From Bacillota bacterium (lineage in GTDB: Bacteria; Bacillota; Limnochordia; DTU087): a stretch of 58,587 nucleotides of DNA. Where the stretch lies: the NCBI GenBank assembly GCA_012799135.1, contig JAAZLW010000066.1, positions 1 to 58,587 on the forward strand, given 5' to 3'. Positions 46,523 to 55,728 of the stretch are shown here, one piece after another. The translations under genes were made by a program, and so were the position numbers. The notes under the pieces were generated by a model that saw only the letters and a list, made by a program, of their open reading frames with translations, had not been told where the DNA came from and ran no database searches. Within the stretch, counting starts at the first letter, position 1. Each line of letters begins with the position of its first letter.

Positions 46523-47278
46523 ATGGATGGAGATACTTTTCGGATTCTAAGACAGCAAAGAGGACTGACCTTACAGGATGTGGCCACGCGCAGTGGGCTT
46601 TCACGTTCGTATTTGAGCGAAATTGAAAATGGGAAGAAACAACCTTCGGTTAAGGCTTTGGAGGCGATAGCAGCAGCCTTAAATGTCTCTTTAAAGGTGC
46701 TTCTACCAGAGGCGAAGGAGACAGAAATAGGATTAGGAGAGCGACTCAGACTAGCCCGGGAAAGAGAGGGAATGTCACTAACAGAGGTAGCTGAAGCGGT
46801 CGGCATCTCCTCGGGTTATCTGGGTGAAATAGAGCGGGGCCAGGCACTGCCGGCGGTGGATACGTTGCGCCAGCTGGCAGAGGTAGTGGCCTTGCCTTTA
46901 TCCCAAGCCTTTAAGTGTGGTACCATTGGCGATAGGGTGGGAATGCTGCGCGAGCGTTTGGGCTTGTCCCGAGCGGAGCTGGCTCAGATGGCCGGTGTGA
47001 CACCGAGTTTTATCGCTCAATTGGAGAATAACAAGACTCAGGCCTCATTGCTGACACTGAGGCGCATATCCCAGTGTCTGGGTGTTTCTACCTGTTATCT
47101 GATCTTGGAAGACGATAGTGCAGAAGAGATGATTCGCCTGCTCAATCCAGAGCTCCGGGAGTTGCTGCAGGAGCCCAGGATACAGCTGGTACTGAGGATG
47201 GTCTGTGATATGACAGAGAAGGAATTCGCATTTTTGTTGCAGTTTATACGCCTGCTCAAGCAAAGCGGTTTGCAGTAG
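46523..47278 (+). CDS. XRE-family regulator with three tandem HTH domains
   Basis: Three repeats of G-x-R...L-x-x-V/LA...S-Y/F-L/I-x-x-I/LE-x-G/N. Confidence 0.88.
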   Translation: MDGDTFRILRQQRGLTLQDVATRSGLSRSYLSEIENGKKQPSVKALEAIAAALNVSLKVLLPEAKETEIGLGERLRLAREREGMSLTEVAEAVGISSGYLGEIERGQALPAVDTLRQLAEVVALPLSQAFKCGTIGDRVGMLRERLGLSRAELAQMAGVTPSFIAQLENNKTQASLLTLRRISQCLGVSTCYLILEDDSAEEMIRLLNPELRELLQEPRIQLVLRMVCDMTEKEFAFLLQFIRLLKQSGLQ

Positions 47279-47318
47279 ACACCGAATGTCACTGGATGAG
47301 GGGAAAAGGAGTAGCATA

Positions 47319-48824
47319 ATGGCAAAGGATCTGGATGTAGTCGTTATTGGTGCCGGTGTAGCCGGCTTGACAGCTGCCGCTTATTTGGCCCAGGCCGGGA
47401 TGAGTGTCTGTGTGCTGGAACAGCAGCATAGGCCGGGAGGCTTAGTAGGGGCTTTCCCTCGGAGGGAGTACCTGTTTGAACAGTCGCTGCGTTGGGTGGT
47501 AGGTTGCCACCCAGGTGGGACGCTCAATACCTGCAGGGAGGAGCTAGGTCTCACCTTGAGTTTCAAGCAGCTCGATCCTTGTAGCCGTCAGATAGGCCCC
47601 GGCTTTGATATCTTGCTTTCCTCCAATGTGGGCCAGTGGACAGATGAGCTGTGCCGATTGTTTCCTAACGAGGCCCCGGGCATTCAGCGGTTGGTGGCTG
47701 ATGCGCTGAAACTTTTCCGGCGAATCCCGGAGGTTCCCAAAAAGCCCCAAGAGATGCTGACCAAGTGGGAACAGCTGAAGATCGGGCTGAGTGCTCTTTG
47801 GAACATGAAGCTATATAGAAAATACGCGGGCCTCAACATCCAAGATTTGCTGCTGCAGGAGTTTAAAGAACCCCAGCTACGGACCTTTTTCTACTCCCTA
47901 TGCCCCGTCGGTGGAGCCTCGGCGATCTTACTTCTGACTACTATTGGCTGGATCAAAGAACGGCATCTACATTATCCCGTTGGGGGTGGACAGGCCATCA
48001 TCGATAGTCTGCGCCAGGTTATCGAAGAGAACGGGGGCCAAATCCGTTGTGGTGTTGCAGTGGAGAGCATATTAGTAGAAGATGAGCGGGCCATTGGTGT
48101 GGTATTGGCGGACCGAGAGAGTATTCGCAGTGATTTTGTCGTGGCTGCCTGTGATGCGATGCAGCTCTATGGTAAGCTGGTCCCCAAGGGTGCCGTGCCC
48201 GAATATGTGCTGGAAGATCTGAACCATTTAGAGCCCTGGCCGTCCTGCTTTCTGATCTGCCTGGGGGTAGATGATGGCATCACCGATCTGGCCTCCTGGC
48301 ATCATCATATAACTTATTGCCCGACACTGATGGATGCAATGGAAAGTGAGGATCCGACCCATTGGATGCTCGATATAGCAGATAACAGCTATGCCGATAC
48401 CCTCCATGCACCTGACGGCTATCGCAGTATTGCGCTCGGGGCTCAAGTGTCATTTGAGTACGGACAGCGGTGGCAGACAATCGGAGAAATGCGGGGTCCT
48501 GAGTATACAGCTCTGAAGGAAGAGATCGCCGCCAATCTACTTGCCTCAGCGGAAAGATTGCTGCCCGGGCTCCAGGCGCGGGTTAGGGTGGCCGATGCGG
48601 CTACACCCATCACCTATCGACGCTATACTGGGAATTGGAAGGGTGCCCGTAGGGGTTGGTTACCGACGGTGGAGACCATGGGCCATATCAAGAGAGAGAC
48701 AACTTCGCTCCCGGGTCTTTTTCAGTGTGGCCACTGGCATGTCCATTCCGGTAGCATAAGTGGGGCAATGCAATCAGGGAAAAATGCGGCTCTGCTGTTG
48801 ATCCGAGAGGCTAGTATTCTGTAG
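47319..48824 (+). CDS. Phytoene desaturase (CrtI)-family FAD/NAD(P)-dependent oxidoreductase
   Basis: VVIGAGVAGLTAA, EQQHRPGG, YPVGG, ATPITYRRYTGN, GLFQCG. Confidence 0.85.
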   Translation: MAKDLDVVVIGAGVAGLTAAAYLAQAGMSVCVLEQQHRPGGLVGAFPRREYLFEQSLRWVVGCHPGGTLNTCREELGLTLSFKQLDPCSRQIGPGFDILLSSNVGQWTDELCRLFPNEAPGIQRLVADALKLFRRIPEVPKKPQEMLTKWEQLKIGLSALWNMKLYRKYAGLNIQDLLLQEFKEPQLRTFFYSLCPVGGASAILLLTTIGWIKERHLHYPVGGGQAIIDSLRQVIEENGGQIRCGVAVESILVEDERAIGVVLADRESIRSDFVVAACDAMQLYGKLVPKGAVPEYVLEDLNHLEPWPSCFLICLGVDDGITDLASWHHHITYCPTLMDAMESEDPTHWMLDIADNSYADTLHAPDGYRSIALGAQVSFEYGQRWQTIGEMRGPEYTALKEEIAANLLASAERLLPGLQARVRVADAATPITYRRYTGNWKGARRGWLPTVETMGHIKRETTSLPGLFQCGHWHVHSGSISGAMQSGKNAALLLIREASIL

Positions 48825-49124
48825 TCTGAGTCTTGCGTTCTCCACTTCCGCCACAGCTCGTTTCTTGACCACTTCCTCCATTAGCTTATCTTGGAAGGAA
48901 AGGCCCCGTAGCCTCTCCCAGACATTCGGAGGGGTGACTTGAGCCGATACCCGGGGTGAGGCTTTGTAGCGGGCGCATCTGGGTCCATCGATAGCTTCTA
49001 CTTGCGCGGTGTCCTGATAGAGGGTTACTCTGATCCCCCAGACCTGGCCTGGGGTGATTTCAGTATATACAGCCATTTTATCGGTGGGGCGGGTCCAAGT
49101 GCCTCGATTGAGCAGTTTGTACAT
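48774..49124 (-). CDS. Hypothetical protein
   Basis: 116-aa ORF with a purine-rich RBS and an upstream AGGA-N17-GAAA motif (49176-49200). Confidence 0.6.
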   Translation of the reverse strand: MYKLLNRGTWTRPTDKMAVYTEITPGQVWGIRVTLYQDTAQVEAIDGPRCARYKASPRVSAQVTPPNVWERLRGLSFQDKLMEEVVKKRAVAEVENARLRLQNTSLSDQQQSRIFP

Positions 49125-49221
49125 GGTCTCTCATCCCATCATTCCGGTTCTGTGTCAACTGCAGTGTTCATACACTTTCTTGAAGAAGAATGGGATTCCT
49201 GCTTGAGGATCTATACCATGT

Positions 49222-49389
49222 TCATTGATTCGGGAAATCGGTTGCATCGTTTTCCCCGTTTGCCCGGAGTTTACCCAAGAGACCGGCTTCTTGTTCCAGA
49301 CATGTCGGGCAGCGTACTACACCGGAGACTAGGTCAAAGTGAGGATTGTTGGTTTCTTGGCCACATTTCATACAGACGTAGTTCGCCAT
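49222..49389 (-). CDS. 55-aa zinc-ribbon microprotein (CxxC-x17-CxxC), absent from the ORF track
   Basis: Strong RBS GGAGGTGA before the ATG. Translates to MANYVCMKCGQETNNPHFDLVSGVVRCPTCLEQEAGLLGKLRANGENDATDFPNQ*. Confidence 0.75.
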   Translation of the reverse strand: MANYVCMKCGQETNNPHFDLVSGVVRCPTCLEQEAGLLGKLRANGENDATDFPNQ

Positions 49390-49525
49390 ACTCTCACCTC
49401 CAACCGTTTCCTGGAAACCCGAAGTCTGGTCGTGCAGTTATGAGAGGTGGGGCGAAACCCTACCGGATACTCAGGTCTCGCCCTCCCTTATTATTACGCT
49501 ATGAGGTATCCAAGTTTGATGTACC

Positions 49526-49819
49526 CTAGTGGACTCGGATGGTCCAATCTAGTCCATTGTTGTTATCCCAGTTCATAGCACTGTCATGGAAACAGAAATT
49601 CACTTCATGTCGGGCAGAAGCCCTGACCATGGAATGGAAGGAACCTATCTGATTCCGCATCATTGGTACAGTGGCAGGGTTCCTCCAGCCGTCAACCCCG
49701 AAATGAAGGTACACCTGATCTGCACCGCTCTTGCGAAGGAGGCCATCGTAGTTTATGGTGATATCCTGATCTTGATAGGGATTACTAGGCTCAACCGAGA
49801 CTCCGTGGATTAGTTGCAT
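49526..49819 (-). CDS. Small starch/glycogen-binding protein (CBM25/CBM53-like)
   Basis: ITINYDGLL..SGADQVYLHFG...W...NFCFHDSAMNWDNNNG. Confidence 0.85.
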   Translation of the reverse strand: MQLIHGVSVEPSNPYQDQDITINYDGLLRKSGADQVYLHFGVDGWRNPATVPMMRNQIGSFHSMVRASARHEVNFCFHDSAMNWDNNNGLDWTIRVH

Positions 49820-50159
49820 GGGCTCAACTCCTTTCTCAAAGTTTCACAAATCTATGTTGCCCGTTATCTATGGGAGTCATGCATCTGGTTGAGCGCTCGG
49901 ATCTGGAAGGTCCATGGCTTTGTTTCCAGCCTAGGAGCTAATTGCTGAGCTTTGAAAAAGCAGGATTGTGAGTCCTTATGTAGTATTGGAGAGGGGTATA
50001 AGGTGGAACCCTAGATCCATAGAAGCTAGAGAATTCGCAGGAGATGTGTCCGCCTGGAGATGAGCCACCGGCCTGTGAAAAGAGCCCCGGCATTGATGTG
50101 AGCTAAGCGCCGGGGTCCCTTAGACGGATCTTGGCTGGCGGCATGGGAGGAGGTCTGTT

Positions 50160-51479
50160 TTGCTCACTATGACTAAGAGCGTGGAGCAGAAGTACAAAGA
50201 CAAATTGACGACATCAGAGGAAGCGGTATCCAGGATCGAGAGTGGCTCCACAGTGATCCAACCATTGGGTGCCGGCGAACCCCCGGCCATACTTGAGGCG
50301 ATTGCCAATGCAGTCAAAGCTGGGAATTTGCAGAACATAACGATGCATGCCATGTTGCCACTGGCTAATACGCTGCAGACAGTGTTGCGTCCTGATCTAC
50401 CAAAGGAGATTAACTGGGAATCATATTTTTTTAGTGGGGTAGATCGTAAAGCCTATAAAGAGGGAAGGGCAACATATACACCTAATCTTTTCTACCAGGC
50501 GCCCCGGATCTTTTCGGAGTTTCGGCAGATAGATACGGCAATCACAGCTGTTTCCCCCATGGATCGCCATGGCTGCTTCAGTTTGGGTGTTTCCGTCGAC
50601 TACAACCTGGAGGTCTGCCGCAAAGCCCGCCAGGTTATCGTGGAAGTCAACCCCAATATGCCCCGCACCCACGGTGCTGGCTTTCTGCATATTGATGAGA
50701 TCGATGCTATAGTGGAACATGAGGCACCGCTCCCCGAACTGCCACCACCAACCTTTGGCCCAGAGGACGAGAAAATCGGCCAGCTCATCGCGGAGATGAT
50801 ACCTGATGGAGCTACTCTGCAGTTGGGCATCGGTGGTATCCCTAGTGCGGTGATTAAGTACCTGATGAACCATCGAGATCTGGGCATTCATACCGAGATG
50901 CTTAGTGATGGTCTTATGGAGTTGATCCTTGCCGGGGTGGCGACGGGTCGTTGCAAGACATTACACCCCTACAAGGCGGTGATCGCTTTTGCCACCGGTA
51001 CCCGGCATTTGTACGATTTTCTCGATGATAATCCCTTGATCGAGGCCCATCCAGTGCAATATGTGAATAATCCTGCCCTAATCGCCAAAAATCACAAGCA
51101 AATAGCAATCAATGCCGCTTTGCAGGTCGATCTTACTGGCCAGTGCTGTGCCGAATCCTTCGGTGTCCAGCAGTATAGCGGTACCGGAGGCCAACTGGAT
51201 TTCACCCGGGGAGCCTTTGAATCACCAGGGGGCAAGGCCATCATTGCCTTTAACTCGACTGCCAAGGGAGGGGAGTTTTCCCGAATCGTACCAACCTTGA
51301 GTCCCGGAGCGGTAGTAACTACTCCTAGGACCGATGTGCATTATATAGTGACAGAATATGGGGTTGCTCAGCTAAAGGGTAAATCACTGCGGGAGAGGGC
51401 CCGTTTACTTATCGGGTTGGCCCATCCCAAGTTTCGGGATGTATTGACGTTTGAGGCAAAAAAGATAGGTTTACTGTAG
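50160..51479 (+). CDS. Acetyl-CoA hydrolase/transferase family protein (4-hydroxybutyrate CoA-transferase-like)
   Basis: LQLGIGGIP, catalytic GIHTEM, SGTGGQLDF, VTEYG. Confidence 0.9.
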   Translation: MLTMTKSVEQKYKDKLTTSEEAVSRIESGSTVIQPLGAGEPPAILEAIANAVKAGNLQNITMHAMLPLANTLQTVLRPDLPKEINWESYFFSGVDRKAYKEGRATYTPNLFYQAPRIFSEFRQIDTAITAVSPMDRHGCFSLGVSVDYNLEVCRKARQVIVEVNPNMPRTHGAGFLHIDEIDAIVEHEAPLPELPPPTFGPEDEKIGQLIAEMIPDGATLQLGIGGIPSAVIKYLMNHRDLGIHTEMLSDGLMELILAGVATGRCKTLHPYKAVIAFATGTRHLYDFLDDNPLIEAHPVQYVNNPALIAKNHKQIAINAALQVDLTGQCCAESFGVQQYSGTGGQLDFTRGAFESPGGKAIIAFNSTAKGGEFSRIVPTLSPGAVVTTPRTDVHYIVTEYGVAQLKGKSLRERARLLIGLAHPKFRDVLTFEAKKIGLL

Positions 51480-51482
51480 GCG

Positions 51483-51504
51483 GAAGCCGGGCATACCCGG
51501 CTTC
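51483..51504. terminator. Hairpin between convergent genes
   Basis: gaagccggg-cata-cccggcttc. Confidence 0.6.
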
Positions 51505-51567
51505 ACTCCATTCCTAACCTGGAAACCGTGCTAAGGCGGAAGGTACATCGCCATGGGCTAGGGATGT

Positions 51568-52269
51568 TTACGGAAGGCTGGTAATATACAGGGGTCTAAA
51601 CCCAATGGCATCACAGGCGACCAGGTGATAATCAACACCCCGGTGCAGACCGGTAAGAGCTTGCTGTTGCGCCGGTCCGTGGAGATGACCATAGACACAG
51701 TGCCGGATCCCCGCGGCTTCCATGATCTCAGTGAAGCCCGAAGGTGTTTGAATCTCATTGGTAGGGGGATAGTGGAGCATAGCGATATATGGTCTATGAC
51801 CGCTATCTGTGGCGGATTTGAGCGAAAGACGCAGTCTCGCTAACTCCCGGAGGTAGATCTTCTCATCTTCCTCGGTGAAGTCAGCAGCGTTGGGGCATTT
51901 CCAACCTCTGGCACCACAGACTGCTAAGCTGCCCGGCAGTGGGTAAAAGTCATTCTGCAGGGCCAAAACATTGTCCGGGAGCAGTTGTCGGAGCTGAGTA
52001 ATACTCTTCCACCACAAGTCGTGATTGCCCTTCACCAGTAAGATGGTGCCAGGCAGGGTGCCAAGGAAAGCCAAATCCTCACAGGCAGCAGCCAGTTTCA
52101 TTGCCCACGAGAGGTCGCCTGGAGAAAGCACCAAGTCCCCCTCACCCACTATTGCCTTCCAGGCAGTAGCAACCCGAGCTATGTGATCAGACCACTCAGG
52201 CCCGAAAATGTCCATTGGTTTGTCTTCTCCACCGGGCAGATGCAAGTCGCTAATACCGTATATGCGCAT
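51568..52269 (-). CDS. Calcineurin-like metallophosphoesterase
   Basis: SDLH, GDLSWA, GNHD, HYPP, YGHLH. Confidence 0.88.
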   Translation of the reverse strand: MRIYGISDLHLPGGEDKPMDIFGPEWSDHIARVATAWKAIVGEGDLVLSPGDLSWAMKLAAACEDLAFLGTLPGTILLVKGNHDLWWKSITQLRQLLPDNVLALQNDFYPLPGSLAVCGARGWKCPNAADFTEEDEKIYLRELARLRLSLKSATDSGHRPYIAMLHYPPTNEIQTPSGFTEIMEAAGIRHCVYGHLHGPAQQQALTGLHRGVDYHLVACDAIGFRPLYITSLP

Positions 52270-52342
52270 AGATAAGTACAGCCTCCCAGCCTGTCTCGTC
52301 AAAAGGCAAGCATATTGCCTTCAAGGTAAGATTCCTTCCGGT

Positions 52343-52367
52343 AGGAGTTTTTTCCTCTTCGACGAAG
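52343..52367 (+). promoter_or_regulatory. sigma-H-like promoter upstream of the flgN-like gene
   Basis: AGGA-N17-GAAG. Confidence 0.4.
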
Positions 52368-52428
52368 TTTATCAGGCCTGGCCTGTTACTTCCCGGCACT
52401 TAATCAAACCCTGAGGCGGTGAACAAGG

Positions 52429-52905
52429 ATGAACTATTTGATTGATCAGCTCAATGCGGGATATCTGAAAGTTGTGGGGCTGTATCAGCAGCTATCGATC
52501 CTGGCACAGTCCATGGCTACAAGTCTGGAAAGGGGTAAGTGGGAGGGGGTACATGAACAGTTACGGGAAAAACAGGTCATTATGGACACGATTGATGCCA
52601 AGGAAGCTGAGCTTAGTCAAGTGCGGGAAAGGCTCAAGCAGAAGCTGGGGTTAGAGGAATTCTCTCTCAGTGCGCTTCCGAATCAGCCATCTGTCAGCGA
52701 ACTAAATGCGACCATTGCACAGTTGCTGGATGTGATTGGGGAACTGCAGAAATGGGAAAAGAATAATGAGGGCATGTTGCAGAAACTAGTAGAGGATGTT
52801 CAGGGTCAGATTGAAGATTTTAGCCTGAGCAAGCGGGCCGCCAAAGCATACTCACCTAGGTCAGAAAGGCATGGTGAAGCCCGGTTTGTTGATGAGAAAA
52901 AGTAG
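52429..52905 (+). CDS. flgN: FlgN-family flagellar export chaperone-like protein
   Basis: All-helical 158 aa. NEGML, AKAY and C-terminal ARFVDEKK are typical of FlgN. Confidence 0.65.
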   Translation: MNYLIDQLNAGYLKVVGLYQQLSILAQSMATSLERGKWEGVHEQLREKQVIMDTIDAKEAELSQVRERLKQKLGLEEFSLSALPNQPSVSELNATIAQLLDVIGELQKWEKNNEGMLQKLVEDVQGQIEDFSLSKRAAKAYSPRSERHGEARFVDEKK

Positions 52906-52959
52906 AGCCAAAGCAAATTCAAGCAGGTCTACAAGAGTACAGGGGGACACAGCTAAACA

Positions 52960-55704
52960 ATGGACGAAGATCGAGAGCAATACTGGCACAAAATGAGCAG
53001 GGAAGAAGCTGCAACTGCTCTTGCTACAGATATGCACACAGGGTTAGCTCCTGAGGAGGCCGCCAAGCGATTAAAGCAGTATGGGCCAAATGAGTTGGAG
53101 GCCCAGCCTGGCAGAACCATATGGTCTATGCTCATGGATCAGTTCAAAGAAGGAATGGTCCTGATGTTGATTGGGGCTGCGATCATTTCTGGTTTGGTGG
53201 GAGAAATCGAAGATACAATCATTATCTTGCTGATTGTGATTCTCAACGCGATTCTGGGAGTGGCTCAGGAAAGTAAAGCAGAGAACTCCCTGGCAGCATT
53301 GAAGAAACTGTCAGCCCCGATGGCTACTGTGATCCGGGGAGGTAAGCCACAGCAAGTCCCTGCCCGAGAGCTGGTGCCCGGTGATCTGATTGTGTTGGAT
53401 GCCGGGACAAGTATTCCCGCGGATGCGCGTCTGGTGGAAGCAGTTAACCTCAGATGTGAAGAGGCAGCTTTGACCGGAGAGTCGGTGCCGGTGGAGAAGG
53501 CAGTGACTGCCCTGAAAGACGAAGATGCCGGTATCGCCGACTGGGTGAACATGGTTTTTAGTGGAACAACCTCAGTTTACGGTCGCGGGCGAGCTTTAGT
53601 GGTGGAGACCGGGATGCAGACGCAGATCGGCAAGATTGCTACCATGATTCAAGCAGCTCCACAGGAGCCAACCCCGCTACAGCTCAAACTGGAAGAGCTC
53701 GGCAAGAGTCTAGGGGCCGTTGCTTTGGTGCTGGTTGTATTGGTGTTCTTGGCAGGCATATTGCGGGGGGAGCCTGCCTTTGAAATGTTCATGACAGCGA
53801 TAAGTCTGGCTGTAGCAGCCATTCCCGAGGGCTTACCGGCCATTGTCACCATCGTACTGGCTTTGGGTGTACAGAGGATGATCAAGCGCCAAGCCATTAT
53901 CCGCAAATTGCCGGCGGTGGAGACTTTAGGGACAGCTACTGTGATCGCCTCTGATAAGACCGGAACTCTGACCCAAAATGAGATGACAGTAACTCATATC
54001 TATGTAGATGGCGAGTTGCTGGAAGTGACAGGACAAGGATATGAACCTGTGGGTGAGTTTCTTGGGCAAGATGGCCAGCCCAAGGAGGAGCCTTTGGATG
54101 ATCAACATCTCAATCTGCTCCTACATGGATTTTCGTTGGCCAATGATGCTCAGTTTGATGCCAATAGTGACGGATATGCGATTATCGGTGATCCTACCGA
54201 GGGAGCTTTGATTGTGGCCGCCGCCAAGGCCGGCATTGCCGTAGATGATGGTGGATTTTACCCTCGGATAGGAGAGCTCCCTTTCGATTCACGGCGAAAA
54301 CGGATGACAACATTTCATAGGGTGGAGAACAACGGGAAGTTGGCGGGTATCGAGGCTGTGGGCACAGGTTTGGTCTCTTTCTCCAAAGGTGCGCCTGATG
54401 TGCTCCTATCCCTTTGTGACCATATCTATACTCAAGGAGAGATTAGGTCACTAACTGACGCTGAGCGAGAGCAGTTGTTGGAGGTCAATGCCGCCTTAGG
54501 GCAGAAGGCCTTGCGAGTCCTGGCACTGGCTTTCCGCCGTTGGGAAACCATGCCGGAGACCATTTCCTCGGAAACAGTGGAGAGAGACCTGGTCTTTGTG
54601 GGTTTCGTCGGCATGATCGATCCTCCCCGACCTGAGGTAAAGGCAGCAGTGGAGGTGGCCAAGGAAGCTGGAATTAGGACAATAATGGTGACCGGAGATC
54701 ATAAGCTTACGGCTACAGCCATCGCTCGAAAGCTAGGTATTCTGGAAAGAGAAGATCAGCTGGTAGTATCGGGACCGGAACTGGAGAGGCTTTCTGATTC
54801 AGAGCTCCAGGAGATCATCGAAAGGGTAAGGGTCTTTGCCCGGGTGTCTCCCGAGCATAAGGTCAGAATTGTCGATGCCCTCAAGGGCAAGGGACATGTG
54901 GTGGCGATGACCGGTGATGGCGTCAATGACGCACCGGCCCTGAAGCGGGCAGATATTGGAGCTTCAATGGGAATCACCGGTACCGATGTAGCCAAAGAGG
55001 CTGCGGAGATGGTGTTGGCTGACGATAATTTCGCCACCATAGTAGCCGCGGTTGCAGAAGGGCGAACGATTTACTCCAATATCCGCAAGGCCATCTACTA
55101 CCTACTATCCTGCAATGTCGGTGAAATCTTTACAATCTTTATGTCCATCATGTTAGGATGGGGTAGACCCCTTACGGCGATTCAAATCCTGTGGATTAAC
55201 CTGGTCACTGATGGTTTGCCGGCCCTAGCTTTAGGAGTGGAACCGTCGGAACCAGGGGTTATGCACCAAAAACCGCGTAGCAGTCGGGAGAGTGTTTTTG
55301 CCGGTGGGATGTCCTACAGGATTATGTTACATGGATGTCTAATTGGTATCTTAGGATTGATAGCCTATTACCTGGGAATACAGAGAGGAGCACCGGTGGC
55401 CATGGCCCGGAGTATGGCCTTTGCTACCTTAGCCTTTTCCCAGCTATTTCAGGCCCTTAACGCCAGGTCAACCGAGTCGTTGTTTCGGGTAGGACTGTTT
55501 AGCAATAAGTATATGGTTCTGGCCTTACTCGGTTCGGCGAGCCTGCAATTGATGGTGATGTTGATACCGGCTTTACGGAGAGTTTTTGGGGTTGTACCAT
55601 TGGATGTGCTACACTGGGATCTGGTGATTGGACTTTCCATTGCCCCTGTTGTGGTGGGCGAAATTCAGAAACTTGTCTTAAGAACCGTAAGGCCGGCTCA
55701 ATGA
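52960..55704 (+). CDS. Calcium-translocating P2A-type ATPase (SERCA-like)
   Basis: YGPNEL, TGES, AIPEGL, SDKTGTLT, GDPTE, KGAPD, MTGDGVNDAP, NVGE, WINLVTD. Confidence 0.93.
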   Translation: MDEDREQYWHKMSREEAATALATDMHTGLAPEEAAKRLKQYGPNELEAQPGRTIWSMLMDQFKEGMVLMLIGAAIISGLVGEIEDTIIILLIVILNAILGVAQESKAENSLAALKKLSAPMATVIRGGKPQQVPARELVPGDLIVLDAGTSIPADARLVEAVNLRCEEAALTGESVPVEKAVTALKDEDAGIADWVNMVFSGTTSVYGRGRALVVETGMQTQIGKIATMIQAAPQEPTPLQLKLEELGKSLGAVALVLVVLVFLAGILRGEPAFEMFMTAISLAVAAIPEGLPAIVTIVLALGVQRMIKRQAIIRKLPAVETLGTATVIASDKTGTLTQNEMTVTHIYVDGELLEVTGQGYEPVGEFLGQDGQPKEEPLDDQHLNLLLHGFSLANDAQFDANSDGYAIIGDPTEGALIVAAAKAGIAVDDGGFYPRIGELPFDSRRKRMTTFHRVENNGKLAGIEAVGTGLVSFSKGAPDVLLSLCDHIYTQGEIRSLTDAEREQLLEVNAALGQKALRVLALAFRRWETMPETISSETVERDLVFVGFVGMIDPPRPEVKAAVEVAKEAGIRTIMVTGDHKLTATAIARKLGILEREDQLVVSGPELERLSDSELQEIIERVRVFARVSPEHKVRIVDALKGKGHVVAMTGDGVNDAPALKRADIGASMGITGTDVAKEAAEMVLADDNFATIVAAVAEGRTIYSNIRKAIYYLLSCNVGEIFTIFMSIMLGWGRPLTAIQILWINLVTDGLPALALGVEPSEPGVMHQKPRSSRESVFAGGMSYRIMLHGCLIGILGLIAYYLGIQRGAPVAMARSMAFATLAFSQLFQALNARSTESLFRVGLFSNKYMVLALLGSASLQLMVMLIPALRRVFGVVPLDVLHWDLVIGLSIAPVVVGEIQKLVLRTVRPAQ

Positions 55705-55728
55705 CTAAGCTTCTAGGGGGTCAAGCCC

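Noticed and set aside
49002-49529. 175-aa plus-strand ORF
   Set aside because: No RBS or recognisable motifs. It is the antisense shadow of two better-supported minus-strand genes.
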